Counted from the stretch's first letter, positions 35,519 to 48,917 are shown. The stretch: DNA of 64,000 nucleotides from Scyliorhinus canicula (GCF_902713615.1 NC_052147.1:166760410-166824409), one strand, 5' to 3'. A program made the numbers and translations. Notes: generated by a model from the letters alone, not told the origin.

Positions 35519-38500
35519 TTTTATGGGTCAGAGTTTAGAGAACCCTAAAGTGTATCATGGAGTTCACCTGACCCATAACCTTTAATAGATTGTGGTTATC
35601 GGGAGCACACTCTGCAGGTGTGATGCAAAATAATTCTACTGCACTTTTAAAAGGAAACAATGTTTATTTATTAAACTAGTTAACATTTTATTAACCCACA
35701 GTAAAAATCTTGACAACTATCAACACGAATGCTCCCCACAGATGCAATATTCTACAAGTAAACCTTAATCTTTTCTTATTAACATCCATTTGACAAAGGA
35801 CACTTTTTAACACAGACATCAGGTTTAAATTCTCTACTGAGAGCAGTCAGCACTTTGAAATCACCCAATTGATCTGGAGAAAGTCTTTAGATTGCAGAGA
35901 GTGATCCTTATTCAGCTTCTTGTTTTGCCTGCAGCTATCCAGCTCCCAAAACAAAACTAAAACACATCCTGTAGCAAACAGCCCAAAGCAAAAGTAAATG
36001 CAGACAGACAACCTTGCTTCACCCACTCTCTGACATCATTGCAGCTATCGAATAAACACCCATTTCTTAAAGATACTCTCACATGACACCTCCCCCCAAG
36101 AAAAAATAAATAAACCATCAACTTCAAGATGGTTTCATTTTTCACCTTTTCACTTACCATTAAGAAATCTGGACAATGAATATATGTTTTTTTAACAAAA
36201 CAAAACACGCAAACATTTAATGATAACATAGTCCATTTTTGCTCTTCTTCCTCCAACTTGTCTCCTTCTTGATTGACAGTCTCTTTGAACAAGAAGGTCT
36301 CTGCATGATACATCCATTTTTCTATGCCTCAGCATTTCTCTATAAAGTGAGATACTTTAGTTCAATCTGATCACAGAGTCCCTTGTAATTCTCCAACACA
36401 GGAGCATTAGTTCACAACTTTCAGACAGTTAAATGCCTGTTGAAACTTCTCTGTCCACTGAGATTTTTGACGTTTCTTCAGCAAGTCCATCAGTGGAGCA
36501 ACCAGGCTACAAACATTTGGCACAAATATGCGATCAAATCCACTCATGCCAAGAAATTGCATTATTTCCCTTCGTCTCGAGGGTATTGAAAACTCCTCAA
36601 GAACTTTTTTCTTCGCATCCCATGCGACCATTCGACCCTGCCCAATTGTATGGCCAAGGAAAGTGACTCGGGCTTTTCCGAAACAACTTTGTTAGTTAAC
36701 CGTTGAAATGTGGCTGGGGCGTTTTTCATGCCAAATGGCATAACTTTGAACTGGTATACACCATCTGGAGTCACAAAAGCTGAGATCTCTTTCGCCCTTT
36801 TGGATAAAGTTACCTGCTAGTAAACGTTAAGTAAATCCAGTTTGGAAATAAAAGCTGATTGTTCCACTTTCTCAATGCAATCCTCCAAACGTGAGATAGG
36901 ATAAGAGTCCGTTCAAGTAACTGCATTAACCTTTCTATAATCCACACACAACCATTGGATACCATCTGGTTTTGGTACCATCACTATGGGTGAGCTCCAT
37001 TGGCTGCAACCCACTTCAATTATACAATTTTTAAGCATACTCTCAATTTCTTTGTTAACCTGTGCCAATTTTAAAGGATATTGTTTGATAAAGGATATAT
37101 GGATGTTGTTTGATTGGAACAGCTTTTCCCACATCTACATCATGTATAGCCATTTTAGTGCTTCCCAACTTATCTCCACAAACATGCCCATGTGACATCA
37201 ATAACTCTTTCTGGTCAGTCCATTTTTCCTCTGGAAGCTAACTCAACAATTTATCCCAATTTTTAAGGACAGCCTCGTTTTCCAATTTAATTTGAGGTAT
37301 GTCAAATTCAAAATCATCTGGATTTGGTTCGTCACATTGAGTTAGAAGCATTAAACCTCCCCTTTTTGCTCTCCTTCCCTTTCAAAGTACCTTTTAAGCA
37401 TAGTCACATGACACACTCGGTTCAGCTCACATAATTTCCTTTCAATATGATAACGTCCACAAAACCTTGCTTTTAAAGGCTCACCTGCCACTGGGAACAA
37501 TATTAAAACGTTATCTCCACTAGCAAAACTATGAACTTTGGATTTCTTGTCCGCTACCCATTTAATAACATTTTGTGCAACTTTTAAATGTTGTCTAGCC
37601 AATTTGCCTGCTCTATTTAATTGTTCCCTAAAATTTGACACGTAATCCAATAATGTAAGTTCTGATTTCTCACTCACCAATTTTTCCTTAATCAATTTAA
37701 GTGGCCCTTTTACCTCATGACCAAAAATTAGTTCAAAAGGACTGAATTTGGTTGACTCATTAGGTGCATCCCTAATTGCAAACAATATGAATGGAATTCC
37801 TTTATCCCAATCCTCTGGATAATCTTGATAATAAGCCCTCAACATTGTCTTTAATGTCTGATGCCACCTTGCTAACACTCCCTGCGATTCTGGATGGCAC
37901 GCAGTTGATTTAAATTGTTTTATTCCTAAATTATCCATAACTTCTTTGAATAACCTTGAGGTAAAATTTGATCCCTGATCCATTGTATTTCTGTGGGTAG
38001 TCCATATCGAGTAAAGAATTTAAGTAACTCCTCCACAATCCTTTTAGCTGTAATATTACGTACTGGAATGGCCTCTGGAAACCTAGTAGACACATCCATT
38101 ATAGTAAAAAGATATTGATTCCCACTTTTTGTTTTAGGAAGCGGTCCAACTCAATCAATTAAGACCCTTGTAAAAGGTTCCTTAAATTCTGGAATGGGTA
38201 TTAAGGGCACTGGTTTTATGACTGTTTGAGGGTTCCCTATCACATGACATGTGACATGATCGACAAAATTTAACTACATCTTGATGTAGTCCAGGCTAAT
38301 AAAAATGTTTTTGTATTGTAGCTTGAATTTTCCTTACTACCAAATGACCTCCCACTGGTACCTCATGTGAAGCTCGCAACACCTCCTTTCTCTACCCTGC
38401 AGGAAATACCACTTGAAGAACTTCTACCCACTTGAAGAACTTCTACCCACTTGAAGAACTTCTGCCCACTTTTCATCCACCTGCATATGCAAAGTTCTCC

Positions 38501-41016
38501 ATTTTGTGTATGCTTTCTGATATAGAAATAATCTTTCTGTTGTAACTCCGCCAATTTTCCTGAACTAAAAATATCCGCCTCATCCTCCACCTGTTCTTGT
38601 TCTTTTTCAACCATCTGATCAAAAATAATTTATGATAATTGCACTTCAACTTTATCTTTACTCTTTGATTTGTCCTCTTGTCTTAACCTGTGACTTTGTG
38701 ACCTTGACACAATCCGGAAAAATCCAGGATACCTGTCCTTCAACACTTCAGTTGTCTGATTTTCCACTGGCTTATCAACCACTCTAGGCATCACTCCCAC
38801 CTGCGATCCAGCTTATTACCCAAGATAAACTGTATTCCTGGATAAGACAGTTTGTCTATTACTCCTGGTACCACTTCACCACTCTTCACTGAACTTTCCA
38901 ACCTTACTTTATATAATGGAACACTACTTTTCTCACCCTGAATTCCACATATCACCACCTTTTCTGGCAACATTATTCCCAAACTACATCACTTCTCATC
39001 TCTTACCATTAAAGATTGACTAGATCACGTCTCTCTTAACATTGTGACTTCTTTACCTGCTCCTTCTGATACACATGAGTAAACTTTACCCACACAAGTA
39101 AATTCTTTAAAGCCACCTGGCATCTTCTTATCAATCACCTCTTGATCAGGCTGGACAATCTTTTGCACCTCCTTCGCTTCCCTTGGGCTTTCCATTACCA
39201 CTTTAACAAACCCCACTGTCTTATCCTGTTTTACCACATCAGCCTTCCCAGTGCTTTTCTTCAACCACCAACACTGTGACTTTACATGGCCGAGTTTATT
39301 ACAGTGAAACTATTTGAAACTTTTCATGTCTCCTCCACCCTCATGCATTTCCTTTTTAGTCTGAGGTACACTCTCTTTATTATCTCCGATCAGATCTCCT
39401 TTACCTTCACCACTTGAGTATTTCTCATGACCCCAGTTTCTATCCCTCACAGGCTGAAACTAATGTCAGAAACCAAACTTTGATTTCTGAACGAATTCAT
39501 AATCATCTGCCATTTCTGCTGCTGACCTTGCAGTTTTAACCCTCTGCTCTTCCACACGACATCAGGAATTGAATTTTTAAACTCCTCCAAAAGTATAATT
39601 TCTCTGAGAGCTTCATACGTTTGGTTTATATTCAAACACCTTATCCACCTATCAAAATTACTCTGTTTGATCTTTTCAAACTCCATGTATGTTTGACCAA
39701 ATTCTTTCCTTAAATTTTGAAACCTTTGTCTGTAGGCTTCAGGCATAGTTCATATGCACCTAAGATGGAACTTTTCACCTCCTCATACGACCCAGATACC
39801 TCCTAGTGGTAGTGGTGCAAACACTTCACTAGCCCTACCTACCAGCTTAGTTTGAATCAGTAATACCCACATGTCCGGTGGCCATTTATGTCTGCCAATT
39901 TTTACTGACTGTCATGTTTCATGGCCATTTTCTGAAGTTTAAACTCTCTCCCTTTATCTTTTTCCCTGACCTGTATCTCACTTTCCTTTCCATTTTGTTC
40001 TGCTGGGGCTATTCTTCCTGTTTTCCTTTCTTCTCTCTCTTTTTCCTCGCTATCTCTTTTGTATTCAAGCTGCTTTAATTCTTTCTCGTGTACCATTTGT
40101 TTAATTTGTAACTGAATTTTTTGCCATTTCCAATGAGTCAGACTGTATCTCAGGCAATTTTAAATGCTTAGCCACTGCCATAATTACCTCACCTTTTTGC
40201 ATTTTGTCAGGTAATGTTAACTGCAAAGTTTTTGCCAACTCTAAAAGTCTGTTTTTAGTCACTGCCTGTGACCATCTCCACCCACAAAAACGTCAGAGCC
40301 TCTGGAAGAGCCATTGTCCACAAGACACTCCCCACTTACACTGAAATACCACACCTGAAATGCACCCACAATGTGCTCACTATCTTTAAGTTCTCAAAGC
40401 CAACCCAATAAATAGACTTTTAATGTGGACGAGCCCCAAATTTGTTATGGGTAGGGTTTAGAGAACCCCAAAGTGTATCATGGAGTTCACCTGACCCACA
40501 ACTTTTAATAGATTGTGGTTATGGGGAGCACACGGCCCACTCTGCAGGTGTGATGCAAACAGAAATCTACAGGACTTTAAAATTAGAACAATGTTTATTT
40601 ATCAAACCAGTTAACACTTTATAAACTCACAGTAAACTTCTTAATAATCATCAACACCAATCCTCTCCACAGATACAATATTCTATCAGTAAACCTGAAT
40701 CTTGCCATGCATCATCCATAAGACAAAAGACCCTTTTTAACACAGAGAGCAGGTTTAAATTCACGACTGAGAGCAGTCAGCCCTTTGAAATTGCCCAATT
40801 GATCAGGAGGCAGTCTTTCGATTGCAGAGAGAGATCCTTATTCAGCTCCTTGCTTTGCCTGCAGCTATCCAGCTCTCAAAACGAAACTAAAACACTCTGT
40901 AGCAAACAGTCCAAAGCGAAAGTAAATGCAGACATACAGCCTAGCTCAACTCACTCACAGACATCACTGCAGCTATCTAATAAACACCCATTTCTTAAAG
41001 GTACTCTCGCACAACA
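35519..41016 (-). mobile_element. Gmr1-like Ty3/gypsy LTR retrotransposon, decayed
   Basis: LTRs at 35519-36088 and 40443-41016, TSD ATAT. PBS TGGGGCTCGTCC (tRNA-Pro-type) at 40427-40438 and PPT TTGGGGGGAGG next to 36089. Order on the minus strand is gag (PEAYRQRFQNLRK), protease region, integrase (DQGSNFTS...HPESQG, 37351-37983), then RT ([35 protein letters not shown]). Confidence 0.9.
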
Positions 41017-41077
41017 ATATAATTAGCGAGCCTGACACCCGATGCTCTGGGGCCTCAGCGATTCACCGCCTCCGATG

Positions 41078-43175
41078 AGTAGAGTTGAGGAATCGTAATG
41101 GTAAAAAGATCCTGTTGGGAGCTAGGTACAGGCCCTCTAGCAGTAGCCAGGAAGTTGGGGCAGAAAATAAATCAGCAGATAGTGAAAGCTGTAAAAAAGG
41201 CTATATCACAATAATCATGGAGGACTTCAATATGCAGGTGGGCTGGGAAAATCAAGTTGGTAGTGTATCCCAAGAAAAATAATTTGTGGAATGTTTAAGG
41301 GATGTTTGTTTGGAGCAGCTTGCGGTAGAGCCCAATGGGGAACAGGCAATTCTGGATTTGCTGATGTGTAATGAGGCAGGCCCTGCAGTTTGAGAGGGAG
41401 AAGATGCAATCAGATGAAACAGTATTACAATTAAATAAGGGTAACTACAAAGATATGAAGGAGGAGTTGCCAGAGTTGATTGGAAAAGGACCCGAGCAGG
41501 GAATATAGTGGAACAACAATGGCAGGAGTTTTTGGGGTGATGTGGGAGGCACAACAAAAATTCATTCCACGGAGGAGAAAACATGCTAAGGAGAGGAGAA
41601 GGCATCCATGTTGACGAGGGAAGTCAAGGGAAGCATAAAAGCAACAGAAAAAGATTAGAAAGTGGCAAGGATTAGTGAGAAGCCGCAGGATTGGGAAGCC
41701 TTTTAAAGCAAGTCGAGGACAAATAAAAATGTAATTAGGGAAGATAAGATGAAATATGAGCGCAAGCTAACTAGTAATATAAAAGAAGATAGTAAGAGTT
41801 TTGTTCAATATATAAAAGGTAAGAGAGAGGCAAAGATAGACATTGTACCACTGGAAAATGAAGCTGGATCAGTAATAATAGGAACAAGAAAATGGCATAG
41901 GAGCTGCATAATGACTTTGCATCAATCTTCACGGTGGACGACATCAGTGGGATACCAGAGCTCCCGGAGAATCAGGGAGCAGAGGTGAGTGCAGTGACCA
42001 TTACTAAGGAGAACGTTCTGGGGAAACGGAAAGGTCTGAAGGTTGTTAAATCACCTGGACCGGATGGACTACACCCCGTGGTTCTAAAAGAGTAAGCTGA
42101 GGAGATTGTGGAGGCATTGGTGATGATCTTTCAGGAATCATTGGAGGCAGGAAGGGTCCCAGAGGAATGGAAAGTGGCTAATGTAACACCACTGTTTAAG
42201 AAGGGAGGGAGGCAGAAGACGGGAAAAAATAAACCGGTTAGCCTGACTTCAGTAATTGGTAAGATTTTAGAATCGGTTATTAAAGATGAGATCATGGAGT
42301 ACGTGGAAGTGCATGATAAAATAGGACTGACTCAGCACGGCTTTGTCAAAGATAGGTCATGTCTGACAAATCTGTTAGAGTTCTTTGAGGAGGTAACAAG
42401 GAAGTTAAACAAAGGAGAACCAGTGGACGTGATTTATTTAGGTTTCCCGAAGGCCTTTGACAAGGTTTCGCACAGGAGACTGAAATAAGTTAAGAGCCCA
42501 TGGTGTTAAAGGTAAGATCCTGCTATGGATAGAGGATTGGCTGACTGGTAGAAGGCAGAGAGTGGGGATAAAGGGGTCTTTTTCAGGATGGCAGCCGGTG
42601 ACTAATGGTGTGCCTCAGAGTTCTGTGCTGGGACCACAACTTTTCACAATATACATTAATGATCTGGAAGAAGGAACTGAAGGCACTGTTTGCAGATGAT
42701 ATAAAGATCTGTAGAAGGACAGGTAGTATTGAGGAAGCAAGGGGGCTGCAGAAGTATTTGGACCGACCAGGAAAGTAGGCGTGAAGTGGCAAATGAAATA
42801 CAATGTGGAAAAATGTGAGATTATGCACTTTGGAAGGAGGAATTTAGGCAAACACTATTTTCCAATTGGGGAAATGCTTAGGGATCACAAGTACAAAGGG
42901 ACTTGATAACGATTCCGCTAAGGTTAATGTGCAGGTTCAGTCAGCAGTTAGGAAGGCAAATGCGATGTTAGCATTCATGCCAAGAGGACTAGAATACAAT
43001 AGCAGGGATGTACCTCTGAGGCTGTATAAGGCTCTGATCAGACCCCATTTGGAGTTTTGTGAGTGGTTTTGGGCCCCGTAACTCAGGAATGGCCTTGGAA
43101 AGGATCCAGAGGAGGTTCACAAGAACGATCGCTGGAATGAAGAGCTTGTTGTATGAAGAACGGTTGAGGAGTCTG
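41078..43175 (+). mobile_element. CR1 LINE nested in Harbinger B (paralog of 16070-19244, 3' end deleted)
   Basis: Same 5' junction after CGATG and colinear with copy A. WKVANVTPLFKKG and AFDKV motifs present. Confidence 0.9.
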
Positions 43176-43494
43176 TGCCTCATGACCCACCACGGCATGC
43201 ACCCCCGCCCCCGAACACCCCACCGAACCAGCAGCCACCCACAAGGGACCACCCAGGGCCATACCCACGGCAGCCCCCAGTGAGGGCAGTGCCAGCCAAC
43301 CGGCAGCCGGGACGGGTGCCAGGACCGGGAGGCATTCATAGAGCCTGAAACCAACGGGGCAGGTGTGGGGAGGGTGGGACATGCGTGGGTGGGAGCCACA
43401 GTGCTAATGGGGGCCACCATGTCACCCATGGAACCTGGATGGGTACGGGAGTATCAAACATTCCAACATGTTGGCCTTTCACCCCCTGCAGCGA

Positions 43495-44152
43495 ATGGCT
43501 TTTGGGCATCAACCTGCGATGCTGACTGCCTTGTCTTCGGCCGCAGCTCTGCAAGATGCCCTGTGGCAGCGTGAACGGAGGCCGCTCAGAGAGGAGGCGG
43601 AGACTGCAGCAGAGGATCAGGCTGCAGAGGGGCAGGTGGCAGTCGCACAGGCTGGAGGACCGCCTGCCCGACAGGCCGAAGAGGAGGTGCCAAGGGGGCA
43701 CATCATGAGGCCCCGCATGAACTGCAACCGCATGACGTTTGAAGACCTTCCGGAACCGGCATGCAGATGGACCGTCCCTATGAGCAGAGGGACAGTGCGA
43801 CACATATGCCAGATGATGGCACACCTGGCAATGCCGGGGTATGCGGGAGGACACCCACTTCCAATGGGTGTCAACGTGACGGTTGTGCTGAACTTCGATG
43901 CCATGGGGTTGTAGAGTGGGGGGGGGGGGCTCTCCAGGATTTTGCAGATATCGGTGCACAGGAACGTCCGCGCCATTAATGAGGTCCTATATGGCAATAT
44001 GATCAGTACATCCAGTACCATGTGGACCGCGCCCACCAGGATGCCCAGGCAGCGGGGTTCGCTGTTGTCGCCGATTTGCCCCGGGTCCAAGGGGTGGTCA
44101 ACGGATAACATGGCCGGGATTCTCCGACTCCCCCGCCGGGTCGGAGAATCTC

Positions 44153-44193
<41 letters not shown>

Positions 44194-45365
44194 CGCGAAC
44201 CCCGCCCCCGGTTGCTGCCGAATTCTCCGGCACCAGAGATTTTGCGGGGGCGGGAATCGCACTGCGTCGGTCGGAGGCCTCCCCCCAGCGATTCTCCGGC
44301 CATCAATGGGCCGAAATCCCGCCTGTTCTATGCCGGTCCCACTGGCGAAAATTGGAGTTGGTCCTTTACCGGCAGGACCTGGCGGCAGGGACGGGCTCCG
44401 GGGTCCTTGGGGGGGGGGGGCGCAGGGCAATCTGGCTCCCGGGGGTGCCCCCACGGTGGCCTGGCCCGCGGTCGGCGCCCACCGATCCGCGGGCGGGCCT
44501 GTGCCGTGAGGGCACTCTATTCCTATGCGACGGCCGTGTAAGCCTCCACAATGGCATGCGCGGGGATGACGTTAGCATGGTACTGGATGTACTGATCATA
44601 TTGCCATATAGGGCCTCATTAACAGTGCGGACGCACCGGTGCCAAAGGCTTTCCATGCCGGCCGGCGGAGCGCAAACCACTCCAGCGCCGTCCTAGCCCC
44701 TGAAGGTGCGGAGGATTTCTGCCCGCCCCGCCAATTCCCAGAGAATCCATGTCTCTACACAAACGGGAAGAGCTACCACTCTATGAATATGCAGCAGATG
44801 TGCGACCACCAGATGCGCATCATGCACATCTGCGCCTGATATCCGAGCAGTGTGCACAAATCCTTAATACTGGAACACTCGGTGATCCCCGACATGTTTG
44901 AGGGGAACCCCCCCACATCCCCCCCACCCCCAGTTGTAGGTGACAGGGGTTACCCGTTGCGATCATGGCTGATGATGTCTATCCAGAGGTCACTGACTAA
45001 CGTGGAGACCCGCTACAACGACGCCCATACAGCGACCAAGGGTGTGGTCAAGCGGTGCTTCGGAGTCCTGAAGATGCGTTTCATGTGCGTAGTCAGCTCT
45101 GGAGGGCCCCTCCAGTACTAGGAGTCTAGGAGGATTGCCTGCATCATGGTGGCCTGCTGCATCCTCCACAATATAGTCCAGCAGAGGGGGCGATGTGCTG
45201 AAGGAGGATGAGGAAGAAGGGCAGGCCTAATCCAAAGAGGAGGATGTGGGGGAGGCGAATATTGAGCAGGACATGGGACCCGGGCAGGCACGGGAGGCCG
45301 CACAATGCCATTGCCAGGGCCAGAGCGCACGGGACACCCTTGTCGCCTCATGCTTGACCGACTAG
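43495..45365 (+). pseudogene. Harbinger transposase pseudogene (copy B), interrupted by a MITE
   Basis: MSRGTVRHICQMMAHLA, VTVVLNFDAMG, GDRGYPLRSWLM, VVKRCFGVLKMRF and CCILHN blocks, with stops. Confidence 0.87.
44112..44747. mobile_element. Harbinger-type MITE
   Basis: Begins GGCCGGGATTCTCC. Right end GAGAATC appears truncated, with CAT on both sides. Internally similar to the MITE at 49813-50543. Absent from copy A near 20520. Confidence 0.72.
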
Positions 45366-45924
45366 GAGTGGGAGGGGGGTTGCTGGGCAGGGGCACGGAC
45401 ACCACCATCCCAGCCCCACACCCCCTCACCTCGCACACCAACAATCCACCCGTATGCACATCCCCTCCATGACATATACCTGCGGCACGACGAGTTGGGG
45501 GCATTGGGTTGGCAGTGACAGCAGGTCTGGTCCATTTGTTGGAGAATGATGACAGCCCGCTCTGCGATGAGCTCCATGCTCCATATCGTATGACAACGTC
45601 TGACTCCTGCCCACAGTAGCACCTTCCACCTGGGTGATCCCTGCATGCGAGCTGGCCAGTCCATAACACGTTCCCGTCGAATCCCTGGGATGGGGGTGCT
45701 GAGGATGGTCGGGGCAGTGGGGGAGGGAAGGGAGGGAGGGGGGAGCATGGTCCACCCACAGGCCTGCACTGGCTCCCACCCCCCACTCCCCTAGCCAGCA
45801 CTGACTGGCCCACCCCCACACCCATCAGACAGAGCAGCGAGGCAGGTTTGTGAACAAATATACACAGTCTGTGCCCTAGCCCCCTATAACTAAACTCTGC
45901 CCTGCACCTGTGCCAACTTTGCTG

Positions 45925-48235
45925 GTGTCTAGGTGGTTCCCCAGACGGTACAGCAGGAGTGGAGGTGGCCTGCTGTAACTCCTGCCCTGCGACAAGGGTC
46001 CCCGCTGGTACAAATCTCATGGGACAACCCGGTCTGGTTGGGCCCGGCTACTGCTTGGGTGTCCCGGGTGGCGTGGTGCTGCCCTGTTCTGCCCGCTGCC
46101 CACCGGATGCACCAGGGACAGGAGGGGGGCAGTCCGAGGTGCTGCGCTGTTCCAGCACCTCCCCTGAGGGGGTCTTTTCTCCCTCGCGGTGCCCGATGAC
46201 CCCCGGGCTACTCCATTGGACGTAGCTGCAAGCGGAGCCATCCCCTGAGGCCTACGCCTGCAGGTGCTGGAAGCCGCCATCATCCCCTCCTGTAGTCCCT
46301 GGGTCTCTGACTGCATCTGCACTGTGGCTGGGACTGGATGTTCCAGGAGCCTGGGACCCGTCTGGGCGGCAGCTGGTTCCTGGGGCCGGGCTGCCCTCCG
46401 ACCATCCGGCCCCTCAGCTGCTCCTACCTCCACCTGCTGTACCGGATGCAATGTGTGGTGCTCACCAGTGAGTGTCCCAAGAACCTCTCCACTAAATTGC
46501 CAAACCGAGGTGATGATCTCTGAGATGGGGAGGGTGCTGGAGACAGCTGTGACGGAAAGTCAATGTCCTCATCCAGGGCCGGCTCAAGGCACCGGCAACT
46601 CGGGCAGTCGCCCGGGGTGCCATGTGCTAGGGGGCGCCAGAGACTCGGGTCCCGCGCATGCGCAGTTGGGCCGGTGCCAACCAGCGCATGCGCGGTGGCC
46701 GCCCTCTCCCGCAGTCCGTCCCCTCGGTCCGCTCCCCCCCTCGGTCCGCTCCCCCCGCCCCACCTCGGGTCCCCCGCCGCCCCCCTCTCGGGTCCGCACC
46801 CCCCTCGGCCCCGCCCCCCCCTCGCCCCCCCCCTCGCCCCCCCCACCTCGGCCCCCCTCCGCCCCCCCACCCCCCTCCGCCCCCCTCCGCCCCCCCACCC
46901 CCCTCGGCCCCCCCCTCGGCCCCGCCCCCTCCCTCGGCAGCGCCCCCCCCCCTCCTTCGGCCCCCCCCCTTCCCTCGCCCCCCCCCTCGGCCCCGCGCCC
47001 CCCCTCGGCTCGGCCCCCCCCTCGGCCCCCCCCTCGCCCCCCCCCCTCGCCCCCCCCTTGGCCCCGCCCCCCCCCCCAAGGGCGCCGAAGTTCAGCTTGC
47101 CCGGGGCGCCAGCAACCCTAGGGCCGGCGCTGTCCTCATCCGACCTGAACCCCGGAGTCTCCTGAGTCTTGGGCAGAGGGCTTGTGTTCAGGCTGCTCGT
47201 CCCATCAGTGCTCTGCCATTGGTGGGGCACCGGCTCTGGCACTGGTCAGGGGCAGGGGGCAACGGATCGACCGGCCCCATCTCCGGCAGGTCCTGTAAGA
47301 CACAGGATGGCATGTCTGCTGAGAGAGCGAGACGGGGGTGTCGTGGGGGGGAAGGGTATTTTTGGGTGGTGAGGGGGTGTGGGTTGTGGCGGGTGAGGGG
47401 GGTGTGGGTTGCGGGGGGTGAGGGGAGTGTGGGTTGCGGGGGGTGAGGGGAGTGTGGGTTGTGGGTGGTGAGGGGGTGTGCGTTGCGGGGGGTGAGTTGG
47501 TTGTGGATTACGGAGGATTGGGGGGTGTGGGTTGCGGGGGGGTGAGGGGAGTGTGTGGGGGGAGGGGTTGGTGTCACACATGTGTCATGGGGATCCGCAA
47601 CTAAGCAGGGTCTCACTTGTTTGCCCGTCACCGACCTCCGCCTCGGCGACCTCCCTTTCCTCCGTGCCAGCGACCATGTCTAGTGCCCTCTGCTCAGGTA
47701 ATGGTGATGGGCCGAGGTGTGGTGGCCCCCCTTCTCCACCTCCCGGCGGTTTTGCATGGCCTTCTCCTGGGGGCAGGGGTCAAACTCAAGCACAACATTG
47801 TTAGACGGTCCGACACATGCAACCCAGGAGTTGGGTAGATGATGGCATCGATGACCAGGGCACCCGGCCATTGCAGCTGGCATGGATGCTGGTATGTGGG
47901 GCAGGGTGGGGGTTAGGTTGTCCCTGAGAGGGAAGGGGCCGAGTTACGGGTGTGTAGGGGGGGCAGGGTTAGTGCCAGGGGCACAGCGCTGCCTACTCAC
48001 CCTGGCCGCCCTGAGAGGGGTCGTGCAGGTTCTTCCTGCACTTGAGGCCAGTTTGGATCATGTTGCCCATGGCGCTGACAGTGTCTGCCACCTGCGCCCA
48101 GGCACGGTGAACGGCGGCGCCTGGTGGCCTTCCTCCCGGGACAGGATACAGGGTCATCCGCCTCTCCTCGACGGCGTCCATGAGGGTGTCCAGCTCAGCG
48201 TTCCTGAACCGTGGAGCTGCTCTCCTTCCAGCCAC
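45925..48235 (-). pseudogene. Harbinger Myb/SANT-like gene, decayed (copy B)
   Basis: Exon 1 AGRRAAPRFRNAELDTLMDAVEERRMTLYP...AWAQVADTVS...CRKNLHD, then EKAMQNRRE and GPAGDGAG exons. Internal deletion and a hAT MITE insertion. Confidence 0.83.
46574..47132. mobile_element. hAT-family MITE (559 bp) with internal C-rich repeats
   Basis: TIRs CAGGGCCGGC / GCCGGCGCTG and a perfect 8-bp TSD TCCTCATC at 46566-46573 and 47133-47140. Confidence 0.9.
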
Positions 48236-48917
48236 CTTGTTGAGTTGGACGGTGTGTGTGGGGCGATGGATCGTTTAAGTGCAGCTACAGCGTATGAGTC
48301 TCATGTGCGCCAATCACGGACCCGATGAAACCGGCTCCGTTTCACTTTGAACCGGTTGCGTTCCACGTGGCGATGGTGCTAGCCCATTGAGAGTTGCTGA
48401 ATCGTACACCTGTTGCATTGTTTTTGCTGTCATAAAACACCACTGTTCCCATGCCGGCATCCGCACTTAGTCTCAAAATCAGAGAATCCAGCCCAATATC
48501 TTTTCTCTAAAATAATTGTAATACATCGGGTTTCATCGGGTCCGTGATTGGCGCACATGAGACCCATACGCTGTAGCTGCACTTTAACGATCCATCGCCC
48601 CACACACACCGTCCAACTCAACAAGGTGGCTGGAAGGAGAGCAGCTCCACGGTTCAGGAACGCTGAGCTGGACACCCTCATGGACGCCGTGGAGGAGAGG
48701 CGGATGACCCTGTATCCTGTCCCGGGAGGAAGGCCACCAGGCACCGCCGTTCACCGTGCCTGGGCGCAGGTGGCAGACACTGTCAGCACCATGGGCAACA
48801 TGATCCAAACTGGCCTCAAGTGCAGGAAGAACCTGCACGACCCCTCTCAGGGCGGCCAGGGTGAGTAGGCAGCGCTGTGCCCCTGGCACTAACCCTGCCC
48901 CCCCTACACACCCGTAA
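47944..48917. repeat. Long inverted repeat: arms about 47944-48332 and 48527-48917, spacer about 195 bp
   Basis: The second arm is the reverse complement of the Myb exon-1 region with about 5 differences. The ORFs at 47993-48235 (-) and 48548-48868 (+) are nearly identical. GTAATACAT flanks the inserted arm. Confidence 0.93.

Larger units (their letters stand above)
35376..48494. mobile_element. Harbinger element copy B (same insertion as copy A, duplicated with the array)
   Basis: TIRs GAGCCAGATTCTCC and GAGAATCCAGCCC, TSD TAT/AAT. Same host site and same nested CR1 5' junction as copy A. Confidence 0.9.

Noticed and set aside
38409-38470. 19-bp repeat x3 in the Gmr1 pol region
   Set aside because: A local slippage duplication in a dead element.
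46264-47631. Long Pro/Gly-rich ORFs resembling extensin or formin
   Set aside because: They derive from the C-rich core of the hAT MITE and the G-rich Myb intron.
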